Origin: Bacillaceae bacterium
Lineage (GTDB): Bacteria; Bacillota; Bacilli; Bacillales; Bacillaceae_G
Direction of reading: 5' to 3'
Assembly (NCBI GenBank): GCA_051873875.1
Contig: JBJEFI010000060.1
Span: forward strand, 2,471 to 66,470
Length of the DNA stretch: 64,000 bases
Part shown: in pieces, positions 41,283-53,836 of the stretch
How positions within the stretch are numbered: the first letter of the stretch is position 1
How the letters are laid out: each line of letters opens with the position of its first letter
The notes under the pieces: model-generated
Database searches by the model: none
What the model was told of the DNA's origin: nothing
The model's input: the letters and a program-made list of their open reading frames with translations, nothing else
Position numbers and translations under genes: made by a program

Positions 41283-41442
41283 ATTTCTATATATGCTTCT
41301 TTTATTTTATATGAAATCGTTCATTTTGTCTTACTATTTGTATAATTAAACCTTTTTATAAAGTAACTATTTCTTATAAAGTAGGATTTTCAATAAAGCA
41401 TCCTTAATTAACAATCCTTTTATATGAATAAAAAAGCAGGTA

Positions 41443-42723
41443 TTATCCTGCTTTTCTTTCTTCTACTGACGTACGATAAATATCAATACCTGCCTCTTTT
41501 AACATCCATTCGATATGAACTCCATATCCAGATGTAGGGTCATTAACAAATACATGCGTAACAGCACCAATTATACGACCATTTTGAATAATAGGACTTC
41601 CACTCATCCCTTGAACAATTCCTCCTGTTTGTTCTAATAAACGAGAATCTGTTATTTTAATAACCAATCCTTTTGTAGCAGGTACTTTTTGAGTTGCAAT
41701 ACTTACAATTTCAATATCAAATTCTTCAACCTTTTCATCATCAATAACTGAAAGAATGGTTGCTGGGCCTTCCTTCACTTGATGTGGCAAGGCAATCGGC
41801 AATAGCTTTCCATCTAGCTTAGTCGTAATATCCTGATTCATTTCACCAAAAACACCAAATGGGCTATTTCGACTTACATTTCCTAATACATTACTATCTT
41901 CCGCAAAACGAGCTAATTTTTCTCCAGGTACACCACTTGCCCCTCTTTGAATAGAAGTCACAAAGGATTTACAAATAACACCATCCTGTACCTGAATCGG
42001 CTTATTCGTATCTTCATCAGAAATAACATGTCCTAACGCACCATATTTCAACGAGACAGGATCAACAAACGTAAGTGTTCCAATTCCAGCAGCAGAATCT
42101 CGAATAAACAATCCTATTTTATATTTTTCATCTTTTATTCCTTTTAGCGGTTTTAAGACAGTTTCAAATTGTTCGCTTGCTCGAACGATAACTAACTTTA
42201 ATGCCTCACCTGTTACGCCAGCTTGTTGAATAAATGGTGTTAAGTCTTCCATTTCTTCGATATCTTTTCCATTAATTTTGGTAATAATATCACCACGTTC
42301 AATATTAGCAATTTCTCCTGGCGATTTCTTTCCATCTTTTGTTTCAACAAGATGATGCCCAACTACAAGTACACCTTTTGTGTTTAACTTCACTCCAATT
42401 GAATGACCGCTAGCCAATAATTTTATATCTTTTAATACTTTTACTGTTGTTTGCTTAATTGGCAATTTTCCAATTCGCATAACCATTTTGCTTGTTCCTA
42501 CATGGGTTGCTTTCGCTATTGTGTGAATTTGTTTTGTTGAATAGACAGATACATTATTGTTACTTAAAACTTGCATCCCTTTCGAAACTGGTATATATTG
42601 TCCTTCAAACATAACTATGTTTTTAGGTATTGAAATATAATTTTTTACAGGGCTACTTACCCATCCTAAGCAAAGTAAAACAAGGAGAATAATGCCAATT
42701 GATTTTCTTAGATGTTTATACAT
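41443..42723 (-). CDS. spoIVB: SpoIVB serine peptidase (S55), sigma-K checkpoint signalling protease
   Basis: 426 aa with an N-terminal TM segment, a PDZ domain and a C-terminal peptidase with [12 protein letters not shown]. It is syntenic, lying between recN and spo0A. Confidence 0.93.
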   Translation of the reverse strand: MYKHLRKSIGIILLVLLCLGWVSSPVKNYISIPKNIVMFEGQYIPVSKGMQVLSNNNVSVYSTKQIHTIAKATHVGTSKMVMRIGKLPIKQTTVKVLKDIKLLASGHSIGVKLNTKGVLVVGHHLVETKDGKKSPGEIANIERGDIITKINGKDIEEMEDLTPFIQQAGVTGEALKLVIVRASEQFETVLKPLKGIKDEKYKIGLFIRDSAAGIGTLTFVDPVSLKYGALGHVISDEDTNKPIQVQDGVICKSFVTSIQRGASGVPGEKLARFAEDSNVLGNVSRNSPFGVFGEMNQDITTKLDGKLLPIALPHQVKEGPATILSVIDDEKVEEFDIEIVSIATQKVPATKGLVIKITDSRLLEQTGGIVQGMSGSPIIQNGRIIGAVTHVFVNDPTSGYGVHIEWMLKEAGIDIYRTSVEERKAG

Positions 42724-42825
42724 TTTTTCACTCTCCTCGTCAGAGATAAACTAGTGAGCAATGTTATTGCTGTAACATTAATTTTACCTAACACCATTTT
42801 GATTATTACTAGCAATATTAAAATC

Positions 42826-42869
42826 AAAAACAAAAAAAAACCACCATACGTAAAAATACGTATAGTGGT
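42826..42869 (-). terminator. Terminator after recN
   Basis: 13-bp arms ACCACCATACGTA / TACGTATAGTGGT (one mismatch) with a long U-run on the minus strand. Confidence 0.75.
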
Positions 42870-42885
42870 CTAAAAATAACCAGTT

Positions 42886-44604
42886 TTATTTTTCTTTTAA
42901 CGTTGCTGCACTGCAAATTAACTCTCTTGCATGTTCTTGGGTTACTCCTGTAATTTCTACTCCAGAAATCATTCGTGCAACTTCGTCTACCTTTTCGTCT
43001 AATGTTAAAACACGTACCGATGTTTTTGTGCGTTCTCCTTCTACCTCTTTGGCAATAAACAGATGGGTATCAGCCATAGATGCTACTTGTGGCAAGTGGG
43101 TAATACACAACACTTGAGAACCAACAGAAACCTTATAAATTTTCTCTGCGATTGCTTGAGCAACTCGTCCACTTACACCAGTGTCTACTTCATCAAAAAT
43201 AATAGAAGTAATACCTTGGTGTTTTGAGAAAATACTTTTTAACGCTAAAATAATACGAGATAATTCTCCACCTGATGCCACTTTTTCAATTGGTTTTAAC
43301 GGTTCACCAGGGTTTGTTGAAATATAAAAGGATACATCATCCATTCCCAGTGCAGTAAATTTAATTGCTTCTCCATCAACAATTGGATCTTTATCTGTAC
43401 CACTAACCGTATGAATATGTACTTTAAACATTGTTTTTTCCATATATAAATGTTTTAACTCTTGATGAATGCTCTCTGTTAATTCTGCTGCATTTTGTTT
43501 TCGAAGCGCGGACAATACTTTCCCTTCTTTTACAAGTTCTATAGTAACTTTTTCAAGTTCAGCTTTCACTTGCTCAATGTGGGCATCTTTATTTTCAATT
43601 GTCGAAATTTCTTCTTCAATTTTATCGGCATATATCAAAATTTCTTTTACATCTGAACCATATTTCTTTTTTAGCATACTAATTTCTGATAAACGTGATT
43701 CAATCATATCTAAACGACGTGGATCATATTCCATGTCATCGATATGATTACGTAATGTATAAGATGCTTCTTCAAGTAAATAATAGCTATTGGTAACTGT
43801 TTCAACTAATTCTTTTATTGCTGGTTCTACATCCACAATCGATTCTAGACTATACATGGCACTGCGGATTGCATCTAACCCATTCCCATCATTAAAAGCA
43901 CCATAAGCATCATTTAAGCCTGTATAAATTTTTTCAAAGTTAGAAATCCGCTTTCGCTCTTCCATTAACTCATAATCTTCATTTTCCACCAAATTAGCAG
44001 ACCGTATTTCATTTAATTGAAATTGAATTAAGTCTAAACGATGCGCCATTTGTTGTTCATTTTCAGATAACGTTCTCAGTCTCTTCTTAAGCGTTTCATA
44101 CGTTGTAAATTGCTCTTGGTAGCGAGCTAGCTGTTCCTTAATCTTTTCTCCATGAAAAGCATCTAACAAATGAATATGACGCTCTGGGTCCATTAACTCT
44201 TGACTTTCATGTTGTCCATGAATATCAACTAATGTTCGTCCAATTTCTCGCAACACACTATTTGTAACAAGCTTGCCATTGATACGGCAAACACTTTTCC
44301 CTTGTGTTGTAATATCACGCTTCAAAATAAGGGAATTTTCTTCTAATTCAATTCCGTGTTCTGCACATTTTTCAATACAAGGATGACCTTCATCAAAGAA
44401 AAATAACCCTTCAATTTCCGCTTTATCTGTGCCATAACGAACGAATTCAGATGACCCTCGTCCGCCCACTAATAAGCCAATCGCATCGATAATAATCGAT
44501 TTTCCCGCTCCTGTTTCACCACTTAAAACAGTTAGTCCACTTTCAAATGAAATGGCAACAAATTCAATAATAGCAAAGTTCTTTATAGTAAGTTCTGTTA
44601 ACAC
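42886..44604 (-). CDS. recN: DNA repair protein RecN
   Basis: 572 aa SMC-like protein with Walker A GETGAGKS, a coiled coil and the signature SGGELSR. Confidence 0.95.
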   Translation of the reverse strand: MLTELTIKNFAIIEFVAISFESGLTVLSGETGAGKSIIIDAIGLLVGGRGSSEFVRYGTDKAEIEGLFFFDEGHPCIEKCAEHGIELEENSLILKRDITTQGKSVCRINGKLVTNSVLREIGRTLVDIHGQHESQELMDPERHIHLLDAFHGEKIKEQLARYQEQFTTYETLKKRLRTLSENEQQMAHRLDLIQFQLNEIRSANLVENEDYELMEERKRISNFEKIYTGLNDAYGAFNDGNGLDAIRSAMYSLESIVDVEPAIKELVETVTNSYYLLEEASYTLRNHIDDMEYDPRRLDMIESRLSEISMLKKKYGSDVKEILIYADKIEEEISTIENKDAHIEQVKAELEKVTIELVKEGKVLSALRKQNAAELTESIHQELKHLYMEKTMFKVHIHTVSGTDKDPIVDGEAIKFTALGMDDVSFYISTNPGEPLKPIEKVASGGELSRIILALKSIFSKHQGITSIIFDEVDTGVSGRVAQAIAEKIYKVSVGSQVLCITHLPQVASMADTHLFIAKEVEGERTKTSVRVLTLDEKVDEVARMISGVEITGVTQEHARELICSAATLKEK

Positions 44605-44619
44605 CCTTACGCTCCTCTC

Positions 44620-45078
44620 TTACGATAGAAGATCCAATAATCGCTCTTTAATAACATCTGCATCTTCTTTTGTACGACTAATTATCAAGCACGTATCGTC
44701 CCCGCAAATCGTCCCGAGAATTTCCTCCCAATCTAATTGGTCAATTAAAATACCAATTGCATTTGCATTACCTGGAAGTGTTTTTAACGTAATTAAATAA
44801 TCAACCCCATCCATTTTAATAAATGCGTCAATCATTGCACGCTTTAATTTATGAATTGGGTTATAACGATGATCCGATGGTAAGCTATATTTATAACTTC
44901 CATCGCTTAATGGTACCTTTACTAAATGAAGTTCTTTAATATCACGTGAAACTGTTGCTTGTGTCACATTAAAGCCTTCTCGACAAAGAATATCAACAAG
45001 TTCATCTTGGGTTTGAATTTCTAATTTCGTAATAATTTCTCTAATTTTTAAATGCCTTTGATTTTTATTTAAACTCAT
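44620..45078 (-). CDS. argR: Arginine repressor (AhrC/ArgR)
   Basis: The start is moved to ATG 45078 ([16 protein letters not shown]). It has a winged HTH with [10 protein letters not shown] and a C-terminal GTICGDDT arginine-binding motif. Confidence 0.93.
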   Translation of the reverse strand: MSLNKNQRHLKIREIITKLEIQTQDELVDILCREGFNVTQATVSRDIKELHLVKVPLSDGSYKYSLPSDHRYNPIHKLKRAMIDAFIKMDGVDYLITLKTLPGNANAIGILIDQLDWEEILGTICGDDTCLIISRTKEDADVIKERLLDLLS

Positions 45079-45133
45079 AATCGTTTCTCCCTTGGTAAGT
45101 CGTAACGAAAAGAGGTAGTGCAAGGCACGCCTC

Positions 45134-45964
45134 TTATCCGTTAGCTTTTAATTGTTTATGTGCTTCTTTTACAACTTCTTCGATCGCAAACGACAAGAGA
45201 TTTTCTCCTTTAGATGCTTCTCCGTCCCAATGTAAATGTGCAAGGAATTCGATGTTTCCATCGCCACCTGTAATTGGCGAATACGTTAATCCTTTGACAT
45301 CGTACCCTTCATTCATTGCAAAATGTAATACATCTTCAATTACTGCCTGATGAATTTTCGGATCGCGAACAATCCCTTTTTTCCCCACATTTTCTTTTCC
45401 AGCTTCAAATTGAGGCTTAATTAATGCAAGTACATCACCACCTGGCATAAGAATTGTCGTCAGGTTGGGCAAAATTAAACGCAATGAAATAAATGATACA
45501 TCAATAGATGCAAATTGGGGCAATCCTTCCGTAAAATCCGCTACAGTTGCATGGCGAAAGTTCGTACGTTCCATTACAACAACTCGTTCATCTTGCCTTA
45601 ATTTCCATGCCAATTGGTTATATCCAACATCTAAAGCATAAGATAAGACTGCACCATTTTGCAACGCACAATCTGTAAATCCGCCTGTAGAAGAGCCTAT
45701 GTCTAGCATAATTTTCCCTTTTACATCTACATCAAATGTTTGTAATGCTTTTTCTAATTTATAGCCGCCACGGCTAACATAAGGCATCACTTTCCCTTTG
45801 ATTGAAATAATAGCATCCACAGGTACTTTTTCTCCTGCTTTGTCTACTCGTTCCTCATTTATATATACTAAGCCAGCCATGATGCCACGCTTTGCTTTTT
45901 CTCTTGTTTCAAATAACCCTTGTTCTACAAGTAGAACATCAATTCTTTCCTTTTTTGGATTCAT
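45134..45964 (-). CDS. TlyA-family rRNA (cytidine-2'-O)-methyltransferase (YqxC-like)
   Basis: Has an S4 domain N-terminus and an FtsJ-like methyltransferase ([11 protein letters not shown]). Confidence 0.88.
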   Translation of the reverse strand: MNPKKERIDVLLVEQGLFETREKAKRGIMAGLVYINEERVDKAGEKVPVDAIISIKGKVMPYVSRGGYKLEKALQTFDVDVKGKIMLDIGSSTGGFTDCALQNGAVLSYALDVGYNQLAWKLRQDERVVVMERTNFRHATVADFTEGLPQFASIDVSFISLRLILPNLTTILMPGGDVLALIKPQFEAGKENVGKKGIVRDPKIHQAVIEDVLHFAMNEGYDVKGLTYSPITGGDGNIEFLAHLHWDGEASKGENLLSFAIEEVVKEAHKQLKANG

Positions 45965-45972
45965 TCTTATAG

Positions 45973-47877
45973 TTACATCCTTTTTTCTTTTGTTGGAACC
46001 ATATTTAGTATGCGCTCCACAACCATTTCTGGTGTCATTCCAATTTCTTGTAATAGTTCTTCGACTTCTCCATGTTCAATAAATACATCTGGAATACCCA
46101 TTCGAGTAATTACTGCATCATAAAATTGACGATCATGTGCAAATTCTAAAATGCTACTACCGAATCCACCCTCTAAACAAGCCTCTTCAATTGTTAATAA
46201 CGGCATATTTTCAGATAGTAATGAAATAAGTAATTCCTCATCCAATGGTTTAATAAAACGACAGTTAACAACTTTTACAGAAATACCATACGTTTTTTCT
46301 ACTTTTTTAGCAGCCTCTAACGCCATTGGAATTGTCGTTCCAAATGTTAAAATTCCACAATCTGTTCCTTCTTTTAATACTTCCCATGAACCAATTGGAA
46401 TTTCTTTTAATTGTTCATCCATGTGAACACCTAGTCCATTTCCCCTTGGATAACGGAGGGCAATTGGACCTTTATTATAGTGAATAGCTGTATTTACTAA
46501 GTGCTGACATTCATTTTCATCTTTCGCCATCATAATAACTATATTCGGTATATGACGTAAAAAGGCGATATCAAATACACCTTGATGAGTTTCCCCATCG
46601 GCGCCTACTAATCCAGCCCGATCAATACCAATAAATACATTTAAATTTTGACGACAAATATCATGCACAACTTGATCATATGCTCGTTGTAAAAATGTAG
46701 AATAGATTGCTAAAAATGGTTTGAAATCTTGAGTTGCAAGACCTGCTGCCATTGTTGTTGCATGTTGCTCTGCAATCCCTACGTCAATCATTCGGTCTGG
46801 GAATATTTTGGCAAATTTTTCTAATTTAGAGCCCACTGGCATCGCTGGTGTAATTGCAACAATCTTTTCATTTTCTTTCGCAAGTCGTAAAACCGTATCA
46901 CTTACAACAGAGCTCCATGCAGGGCCAACTGTATTTGGCTTAATAAAGCTTCCTGATTCAATTTTGTAAGGACCTGTTCCGTGCCACGTCCCAATCACAT
47001 CTTTTTCAGCTGGTTCATACCCTTTTCCTTTTTTCGTCACAACATGCATTAAAACTGGTCCCTTTGTTTTCTTTGCATATTCTAATTTCTCAAATAACTC
47101 CTGGAAATTATGACCATCTATAGGACCAAAGTAAGTAAATCCAAGCTCTTCAAAAAACATGCCATTTACAACCAAATATTTTAAACTATCTTTTACACGT
47201 TCCGTAACGCTTGCAAGCTTGCCACCTACTGCCGGAATTTTTTTCAATATATATTCAATATCATGTTTTGCTTCTTGATATTGGCTTGTCGTACGCATTC
47301 GTCCTAAGATACTGTGTAACGCACCTACATTTGGGGCAATGGACATTTCATTATCATTTAAAATAACAATGACATTTCTTTTTTCATGTCCAATATGATT
47401 TAGGGCTTCTAATGCCATTCCACCCGTTAAAGCACCATCTCCAATGATTGGAATAATATGTTCTTTTGTTCCTTTTAAATCACGAGCAATTGCCATCCCC
47501 ATTGCTGCAGATAGAGATGTTGAACTATGGCCTGTTTCCCACACATCATGTTCACTTTCAATTCGTTTTGGAAATCCGCATAATCCTTTATATTTTCTTA
47601 ACGTATCAAACTCACATGCCCGTCCAGTTAAAATTTTATGAACATATGATTGATGTCCAACGTCCCAAAGAAATTTGTCCTCTGGGCTATTAAACACCTT
47701 ATGCAACGCAATTGTTAATTCTACAACTCCAAGATTCGGAGCAATATGCCCACCCGTAACTGACAATTTTTGAATTAAAAAAGAACGTATCTCTTCGCTT
47801 AATTCTTCCAATTGTTGTACTGTCATACCTTTTAGGAACGATGGGTCTTTAATGGATGTCAGATCCACCCAAATCAC
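45973..47877 (-). CDS. dxs: 1-deoxy-D-xylulose-5-phosphate synthase
   Basis: 634 aa with a TPP motif ([15 protein letters not shown]) and transketolase-like domains. Confidence 0.96.
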   Translation of the reverse strand: MIWVDLTSIKDPSFLKGMTVQQLEELSEEIRSFLIQKLSVTGGHIAPNLGVVELTIALHKVFNSPEDKFLWDVGHQSYVHKILTGRACEFDTLRKYKGLCGFPKRIESEHDVWETGHSSTSLSAAMGMAIARDLKGTKEHIIPIIGDGALTGGMALEALNHIGHEKRNVIVILNDNEMSIAPNVGALHSILGRMRTTSQYQEAKHDIEYILKKIPAVGGKLASVTERVKDSLKYLVVNGMFFEELGFTYFGPIDGHNFQELFEKLEYAKKTKGPVLMHVVTKKGKGYEPAEKDVIGTWHGTGPYKIESGSFIKPNTVGPAWSSVVSDTVLRLAKENEKIVAITPAMPVGSKLEKFAKIFPDRMIDVGIAEQHATTMAAGLATQDFKPFLAIYSTFLQRAYDQVVHDICRQNLNVFIGIDRAGLVGADGETHQGVFDIAFLRHIPNIVIMMAKDENECQHLVNTAIHYNKGPIALRYPRGNGLGVHMDEQLKEIPIGSWEVLKEGTDCGILTFGTTIPMALEAAKKVEKTYGISVKVVNCRFIKPLDEELLISLLSENMPLLTIEEACLEGGFGSSILEFAHDRQFYDAVITRMGIPDVFIEHGEVEELLQEIGMTPEMVVERILNMVPTKEKRM

Positions 47878-47997
47878 TCACTTTCCTTTTAACTTCATTT
47901 CTCATTGAATTTTTTATTCTTAGTTTATCTAATATTTTACCTTATAAGTACTAAAAAACGTAATAAAAAGAATATTTAGTAGACTTTTTATTATGAT

Positions 47998-48888
47998 TTA
48001 GTTTTTTCTTGTCATAATCACATCGCAAAGATTAAGTAAATACGTTGCATCTATCCCAATCAACTGTATTTTTTCCTTTGCCTGTTCAACGGTATTTTTT
48101 AAAATCATTTTTGCTTCTCCGAGTGAATAAAGAGTTGTGTACGTACTCTTTTCATTACTTATATCACTTCCAACAGGCTTTCCGATTTCAGATTCCGTTC
48201 CTTCTACATCTAAAATATCATCTTGAATTTGAAAAGCCAAGCCAATTAAATAACCAACTTCACGTAACTGTTCTACTTGTTCTTTCGTTGCCCCAGCTAA
48301 TAATCCAGCTGCAACTAATGGAAAAACTAGTAAACGTCCTGTCTTGTTACGATGAATTTCTTCTAGTTGTTTAATTGTTATTACTTTGCCTTCTGCTTCC
48401 ATATCTAATACTTGTCCAGCAATCATTCCTTCTGGTCCTGCCGCTTGTGCAAATTCTTCAACAATAGCCAGAAGAATGTCGCTTTGAATTTGTTCTTTTG
48501 CTTTTGTTATCATCAAAAAGGCATGGGTTAACAGTGCATCTCCTGCTAAAACTGCATTTGCTTCACCAAATACAATATGGTTAGTTGGTTTTCCACGACG
48601 TAAATCATCATCATCCATACATGGCAAATCATCATGTATGAGCGAATACGTATGTACCATCTCTAAAGCGGCAGCAATTGGCAAGCCTACTTTTGTATCT
48701 TTTCCAAATGCCTCTAATGTGGCAAATAAAAGAGCAGGACGAATTCGCTTGCCTCCCGCACTTAATGAATATAACATTGCTTCCTTTAATACACTAGGTC
48801 CTTGAATTTCTTCTATTTGTTCGTTCATATACGCTTCAAGGTTATTTTTATGGAGACGTAAAAATTCATTTAACGTTCCTAGACTCAT
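47998..48888 (-). CDS. ispA: Farnesyl diphosphate synthase
   Basis: Has the FARM motif [14 protein letters not shown] and the second Asp-rich motif QIQDDILD. Confidence 0.93.
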   Translation of the reverse strand: MSLGTLNEFLRLHKNNLEAYMNEQIEEIQGPSVLKEAMLYSLSAGGKRIRPALLFATLEAFGKDTKVGLPIAAALEMVHTYSLIHDDLPCMDDDDLRRGKPTNHIVFGEANAVLAGDALLTHAFLMITKAKEQIQSDILLAIVEEFAQAAGPEGMIAGQVLDMEAEGKVITIKQLEEIHRNKTGRLLVFPLVAAGLLAGATKEQVEQLREVGYLIGLAFQIQDDILDVEGTESEIGKPVGSDISNEKSTYTTLYSLGEAKMILKNTVEQAKEKIQLIGIDATYLLNLCDVIMTRKN

Positions 48889-49115
48889 TGTCCTTCTCCT
48901 TGTAATTCAAAAGGCTTTAACGTATCATCTTCTCCTAAAATGGTTACCATTTGTTTCTCCACTTGTTTTAGCTTTTGATGACATAATTTAGATAGTTCCA
49001 TTCCTTCTGTAAAATAAGAAATGGCTTCTTCTAATGGAACGTCTCCTTGTTCTAACTTTGTTACAATCTCTTCTAATGCTACAATTGCTTCTTCAAATGT
49101 CTTTTCCTTTTTCAT
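48885..49115 (-). CDS. xseB: Exodeoxyribonuclease VII small subunit
   Basis: 76 aa helical protein ([26 protein letters not shown]) with a 4-nt overlap with ispA. Confidence 0.9.
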   Translation of the reverse strand: MKKEKTFEEAIVALEEIVTKLEQGDVPLEEAISYFTEGMELSKLCHQKLKQVEKQMVTILGEDDTLKPFELQGEGQ

Positions 49116-49116
49116 T

Positions 49117-50463
49117 TTACATCCGCTCCTCTATTCCCTGTACAAGGCAATTTGCTTGTCCATCTTTTAACGTTACGTTTACACAATCACCAACTTTTAA
49201 TTGTTGCACACTCTTTATCATATTTTTTTCATTATCATACATTAAACTATAACCGCGGTCCATAATTTTTAATGGACTTAATGCATCCAATTTCCCAATA
49301 AGATTCGTATATGTGTAGCCTTTCACTTCTATAACACGTTGTAACTCTTTCAACATTTGGCGCTGTAATCCATCTACTTTCAATTGAGCTGCCTTTATAT
49401 CATGACTAGGATGAAATGTTTGTAACTTCAACTGTAATTGAGATAATTGATTTCCCTTTTGTTCTGTATACACTGCCATACTACGCTGAAAAGCATCTAA
49501 TACACGGTCAAGTTGCTGTTCCTTTTGATTATATAATTGTTGTGGATAACGAAATGCATAAGAAGTCGTTAATTTCCTTACCTCTTGGGTTGCATGTTTT
49601 TGAATCCCCTTCATCCCTTGAATAAGACGATTCGTCCGTTGTTCTACTCGTTCTATTAACTCAATCGTACTAGGTGTTACAAGCTCTGCTGCTCCGGTTG
49701 GTGTCGGTGCACGCATATCCGCAACAAAATCCGCAATCGTAAAATCCGTTTCATGTCCTACTGCCGAAACAATTGGAATAGTCGATTCATAGATACTTCT
49801 AGCTACTATTTCTTCATTAAAAGCCCATAATTCTTCAATAGATCCGCCACCGCGTCCCGCAATAAGTACATCTACTTCCATCCGTTCATTTGCTTTTTTG
49901 ATTGCTTTTGCAATCGATGCCGCTGCATTTTCACCTTGAACCAATACAGGATAAATAACAACTTTTGCAATTGGATAACGGCGATTTAACGTTGTAATAA
50001 TATCTCGAATAGCAGCACCTGTCGGTGATGTAATGACTCCAATTGCTTTTGGATAAGAAGGCAATGTCTTTTTAAACATTGGTGAAAAAAGTCCTTCTTC
50101 TTGCAAACGACGTTTTAATTCTTCAAATGCTAAATGAAGGTTGCCAATTCCATCTTGTTGCATTTCGCGAACATAGAGCTGATAATTGCCCCCTGCTTCA
50201 TATAAGCCAATATTCGCTATTACTAATACTTTCATTCCATCTTGGGGTTTAAACGTTAATCGTTGGTTATGAGTAGAAAACATCACACAAGAAATTCTTG
50301 CTTGTTTATCCTTTAACGTAAAATACATATGTCCACGACTATGTGCTTTGTAATTCGATATTTCCCCTCTTAAATAAAGCGTTTGTAAGTGCTTATCCCC
50401 TTCTAGCTTTGCTTTAATATAACGGGTTAGGGCCGTTACTGTTAAATAACGAATATCACTCAT
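49117..50463 (-). CDS. xseA: Exodeoxyribonuclease VII large subunit
   Basis: 448 aa with an OB-fold N-terminus and a catalytic core containing [10 protein letters not shown]. Confidence 0.93.
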   Translation of the reverse strand: MSDIRYLTVTALTRYIKAKLEGDKHLQTLYLRGEISNYKAHSRGHMYFTLKDKQARISCVMFSTHNQRLTFKPQDGMKVLVIANIGLYEAGGNYQLYVREMQQDGIGNLHLAFEELKRRLQEEGLFSPMFKKTLPSYPKAIGVITSPTGAAIRDIITTLNRRYPIAKVVIYPVLVQGENAAASIAKAIKKANERMEVDVLIAGRGGGSIEELWAFNEEIVARSIYESTIPIVSAVGHETDFTIADFVADMRAPTPTGAAELVTPSTIELIERVEQRTNRLIQGMKGIQKHATQEVRKLTTSYAFRYPQQLYNQKEQQLDRVLDAFQRSMAVYTEQKGNQLSQLQLKLQTFHPSHDIKAAQLKVDGLQRQMLKELQRVIEVKGYTYTNLIGKLDALSPLKIMDRGYSLMYDNEKNMIKSVQQLKVGDCVNVTLKDGQANCLVQGIEERM

Positions 50464-50537
50464 TTCATCACAACCTTCTTAACTTGAAGAGGCTGACCCC
50501 TTTGGTCAGCCTCTTTCCAATTCTTGCTCTTATTTTA

Positions 50538-51386
50538 TCACAATTTCATCTTTTTTGCAGATTGAACTGTGTTATGTAACAACATCGTAATTGTCATCGG
50601 CCCAACTCCACCAGGAACAGGTGTAAGATGGCTTGCAACTTCGATTACTTCATCAAAAACAACATCGCCACAAAGCTTTCCAGTACTTAAACGATTTACA
50701 CCAACATCAATGACAACTGCGCCCTTTTTCACATAATCTGCTGTAATAAAATTCGCTCTACCTACAGCTACAATTAAAATATCCGCTTGCTTTGTCATAC
50801 TCTTTAAATCTTTTGTTCTTGAATGCGTATATGTAACAGTTGCATTTTCATTTAAGAATAGTTGTCCAACAGGCTTCCCTACAATATTACTTCTTCCCAC
50901 AACGACAACATGCTTTCCTTCAATAGGAACATCAATTCGTTTTACCATTTCGAGAATTCCAAATGGCGTACATGGTAAAAAGCACTCTGCTCCTGTCATC
51001 ATCTTGCCGATATTAATTGGGTGGAATCCGTCTACATCTTTGTTTGGATTAATTGCTTCAATTACTTTGCTTTCACAAATGTGCGCTGGTAAAGGTAATT
51101 GAACAAGGATACCATGAATTCGGTCATCGTTATTTAGTCGTTCAATTTCTTCTAATAAAAATTGTTCCGTTGTTTCTGCTGGCAATTCAATTAATTCGTT
51201 ATAAATGCCTACTTCTATACACGCTTTATGTTTCCCTTTTACGTAGGAATGAGAAGCTGGGTCATCTCCGATTAAAATAACTGCTAATCCTGGTACAATT
51301 CCAATTTGCTTCAATTGTGCTACTTCTTCTTTCAATTCTTGACGAATTTCATTTGCAATCTCTTTTCCGCTGACAATCTTCCCCAT
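50538..51386 (-). CDS. folD: Bifunctional methylenetetrahydrofolate dehydrogenase/cyclohydrolase
   Basis: Contains YVKGKHKAC, VVVVGRSNIVGKP and PVPGGVGPMT motifs. The start is probably ATG 51386 (MGKIVSGKEIA). Confidence 0.94.
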   Translation of the reverse strand: MGKIVSGKEIANEIRQELKEEVAQLKQIGIVPGLAVILIGDDPASHSYVKGKHKACIEVGIYNELIELPAETTEQFLLEEIERLNNDDRIHGILVQLPLPAHICESKVIEAINPNKDVDGFHPINIGKMMTGAECFLPCTPFGILEMVKRIDVPIEGKHVVVVGRSNIVGKPVGQLFLNENATVTYTHSRTKDLKSMTKQADILIVAVGRANFITADYVKKGAVVIDVGVNRLSTGKLCGDVVFDEVIEVASHLTPVPGGVGPMTITMLLHNTVQSAKKMKL

Positions 51387-51409
51387 TTTCAATTCCCCCA
51401 TCTATAAAA

Positions 51410-51808
51410 TTAAACTAACGCTTCCTTAATGTTAGAAAGTACGCCATTTATAAATTTCTTTGAATGGTCATCTCCAAATACTTTTGCAATCTCAATTGCT
51501 TCATTAATAGAAACGTTATGTGGAATATCTTCTACATACTTCATTTCATATACAGCCATTCGTACAATATTACGATCAATAATTCCTAGTCGCTCTATCG
51601 TCCATTTTTTTAAATATGGTTTAATTGTTGCATCAACATCTTCTATATTATCTATGCAGCCAACTACTAATTCTTTAAGAAATTGAACATCCGCTTCTTT
51701 TTCACCTTCTGCTAAAACAGATTGGATTGCTTCTTCTGGTGAAGATTTAATTAAATCAATTTGGTATAGTGCTTGTAACGCTTTTTCCCTAGCAGTTCTT
51801 CTTGTCAT
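51410..51808 (-). CDS. nusB: Transcription antitermination factor NusB
   Basis: The start is moved to ATG 51808 ([16 protein letters not shown]), which has an AAGGAG RBS. Confidence 0.93.
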   Translation of the reverse strand: MTRRTAREKALQALYQIDLIKSSPEEAIQSVLAEGEKEADVQFLKELVVGCIDNIEDVDATIKPYLKKWTIERLGIIDRNIVRMAVYEMKYVEDIPHNVSINEAIEIAKVFGDDHSKKFINGVLSNIKEALV

Positions 51809-52026
51809 TTTTTCGTACTCCTTTACTTGCACAAATGTATCTTCGTTCTAGTTTAATCACTTTTTATATGTTTAACACACAAGATAATAACACACTTTGC
51901 CTAAAAACAAAATAAAAATAAGAAAAAGCCTCTCTCATCTATCCCAAATCCGAACTTTCTTGTCCTATTTCAAAATATTAACTAGCTATTTAGCAGAAAA
52001 ATATATTCATTCCATATTATTTACCA

Positions 52027-52062
52027 AAATAAAAAGGAGATAAATGAAAACCATTCATCTCC
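52027..52062 (-). terminator. Terminator after the Asp23-family gene
   Basis: GGAGATAAATG / CATTCATCTCC hairpin (one mismatch) with a U-run on the minus strand. Confidence 0.7.
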
Positions 52063-52072
52063 CTTTCACTTG

Positions 52073-52456
52073 TTATTCTACGTCTTCTTGCTTATCAAAT
52101 TGAATGCCAACGATATGAACATTCACTTCTTTTAATTCTAAGCCAGTCATTGTTAACAATGCTTGACGTACGTTTTCTTGTACCTGCTCTGCTACAGTTG
52201 GAATAGAAACACCAAAACGCATTTGAACGAAAATATCGATCTTAATGCCTTCTTCTGATAAATCTACTTTTACACCTTTGCCGTGGTTTTTACGACCAAG
52301 ACGTTCAACAACGTCTGATGCAAAACTACCACGCATTGAAACAACACCTTCAATTTCAGTTGTTGCAATCCCTGCGATTACTTCAATTACTTCTGGTGCA
52401 ATTTCAACTTTCCCTAATTTTTCTTCTCCCATTTGTAACATATTATTTTCTACCAT
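52073..52456 (-). CDS. Asp23/Gls24-family envelope stress protein (YqhY-like)
   Basis: GKVEIAPEVIEVIAGIA is a typical Asp23 N-terminus. The start is moved to ATG 52456, which has GGAGGG 7 nt upstream. Confidence 0.85.
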   Translation of the reverse strand: MVENNMLQMGEEKLGKVEIAPEVIEVIAGIATTEIEGVVSMRGSFASDVVERLGRKNHGKGVKVDLSEEGIKIDIFVQMRFGVSIPTVAEQVQENVRQALLTMTGLELKEVNVHIVGIQFDKQEDVE

Positions 52457-52470
52457 ATGTGTACCCTCCA

Positions 52471-53823
52471 TTATTGTTTGATGGTTTCCTTCATTTCAAG
52501 GAACTTCGTATTGAAATCACCGTTTACGAATCGCTCATCCTCTAATAATTGTAAGTGAAATGGTATTGTTGTATAGATTCCTTCAATGACAAACTCACTT
52601 AATGCACGCTTCATTTTTGAAATTGCTTCTTCTCTTGTATTACCATGCACAATTAGTTTGGCAATCATGGAATCGTAATATGGTGGAATTTTATAGCCTG
52701 TATATGCAGCTGAATCGACACGAACTCCAAATCCACCAGGTGGTAAATACATTGTAATTTGCCCTGGAGAAGGCATAAAGTTCTTATCTGGATTTTCTGC
52801 GTTAATACGACATTCAATTGCCCACCCATTAAAAGAAATATCTTCTTGTGTATATGGAAGCTTTTCTCCTGATGCAATTAAGATTTGCTGCTTGATTAAA
52901 TCGACTCCGGTTACCATCTCTGTTACAGGATGTTCAACTTGAATACGAGTATTCATCTCCATGAAATAAAATTTATTATGATTATGCTCATATATAAATT
53001 CTACCGTACCTGCACCTGTATAATCAACTGCTTTTGCAGCTTGAACGGCCGCTTCACCCATTTTTTTTCGCATTTCTTCACTAATTGCAGGAGATGGAGT
53101 CTCTTCTACTAACTTTTGCATTCTTCTTTGGATCGTACAATCACGTTCACCAAGGTGAATTGTATTTCCATAATTATCTGCTAATACTTGAATTTCCACA
53201 TGACGGAAATCTTCAATATATCTTTCTAAGTATACGCCAGGATTACCAAATGCAGTACTCGCTTCTTGTTGCGTAATAGAAATTCCTTTAATTAATTCTT
53301 CTTCATTTCTCGCAACACGAATCCCTTTACCACCACCACCAGCTGTCGCCTTAATGATGATTGGATACCCCATTTTATTTGCTAAGCTAATCGCTTCTTC
53401 AATATTTTTAATAATGCCATCGCTCCCTGGTACAATTGGAACCCCAGCCTCTTTCATTGTTTCTCTTGCTACGTCTTTTATTCCCATCTTCATAATAGAT
53501 TCTACTCGAGGTCCGATGAAAATAATCCCGCACTCATTACACAGTTCTGCGAAACTAGCATTTTCGGCTAAGAATCCATATCCTGGATGAATAGCGTCAC
53601 ATTGTGTTAACGTAGCTATTGAAATAATATTCGTGAAGTTTAAGTAACTTTCTTTTGATGATGTTGGCCCAACACAATAAGCTTCATCTGCTAATTGTAC
53701 ATGAAGGGCCTCTTTGTCCCCCTCAGAAAAAATAGCTACCGTTTTCACATCTAATTCACGGCATGCACGAATAATTCGAATTGCAATTTCGCCACGATTG
53801 GCAATTAACACTTTTTTTATCAT
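52471..53823 (-). CDS. accC: Acetyl-CoA carboxylase biotin carboxylase subunit
   Basis: 450 aa with an ATP-grasp fold ([26 protein letters not shown]). Confidence 0.96.
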   Translation of the reverse strand: MIKKVLIANRGEIAIRIIRACRELDVKTVAIFSEGDKEALHVQLADEAYCVGPTSSKESYLNFTNIISIATLTQCDAIHPGYGFLAENASFAELCNECGIIFIGPRVESIMKMGIKDVARETMKEAGVPIVPGSDGIIKNIEEAISLANKMGYPIIIKATAGGGGKGIRVARNEEELIKGISITQQEASTAFGNPGVYLERYIEDFRHVEIQVLADNYGNTIHLGERDCTIQRRMQKLVEETPSPAISEEMRKKMGEAAVQAAKAVDYTGAGTVEFIYEHNHNKFYFMEMNTRIQVEHPVTEMVTGVDLIKQQILIASGEKLPYTQEDISFNGWAIECRINAENPDKNFMPSPGQITMYLPPGGFGVRVDSAAYTGYKIPPYYDSMIAKLIVHGNTREEAISKMKRALSEFVIEGIYTTIPFHLQLLEDERFVNGDFNTKFLEMKETIKQ

Positions 53824-53836
53824 TGGTTACAACCCC

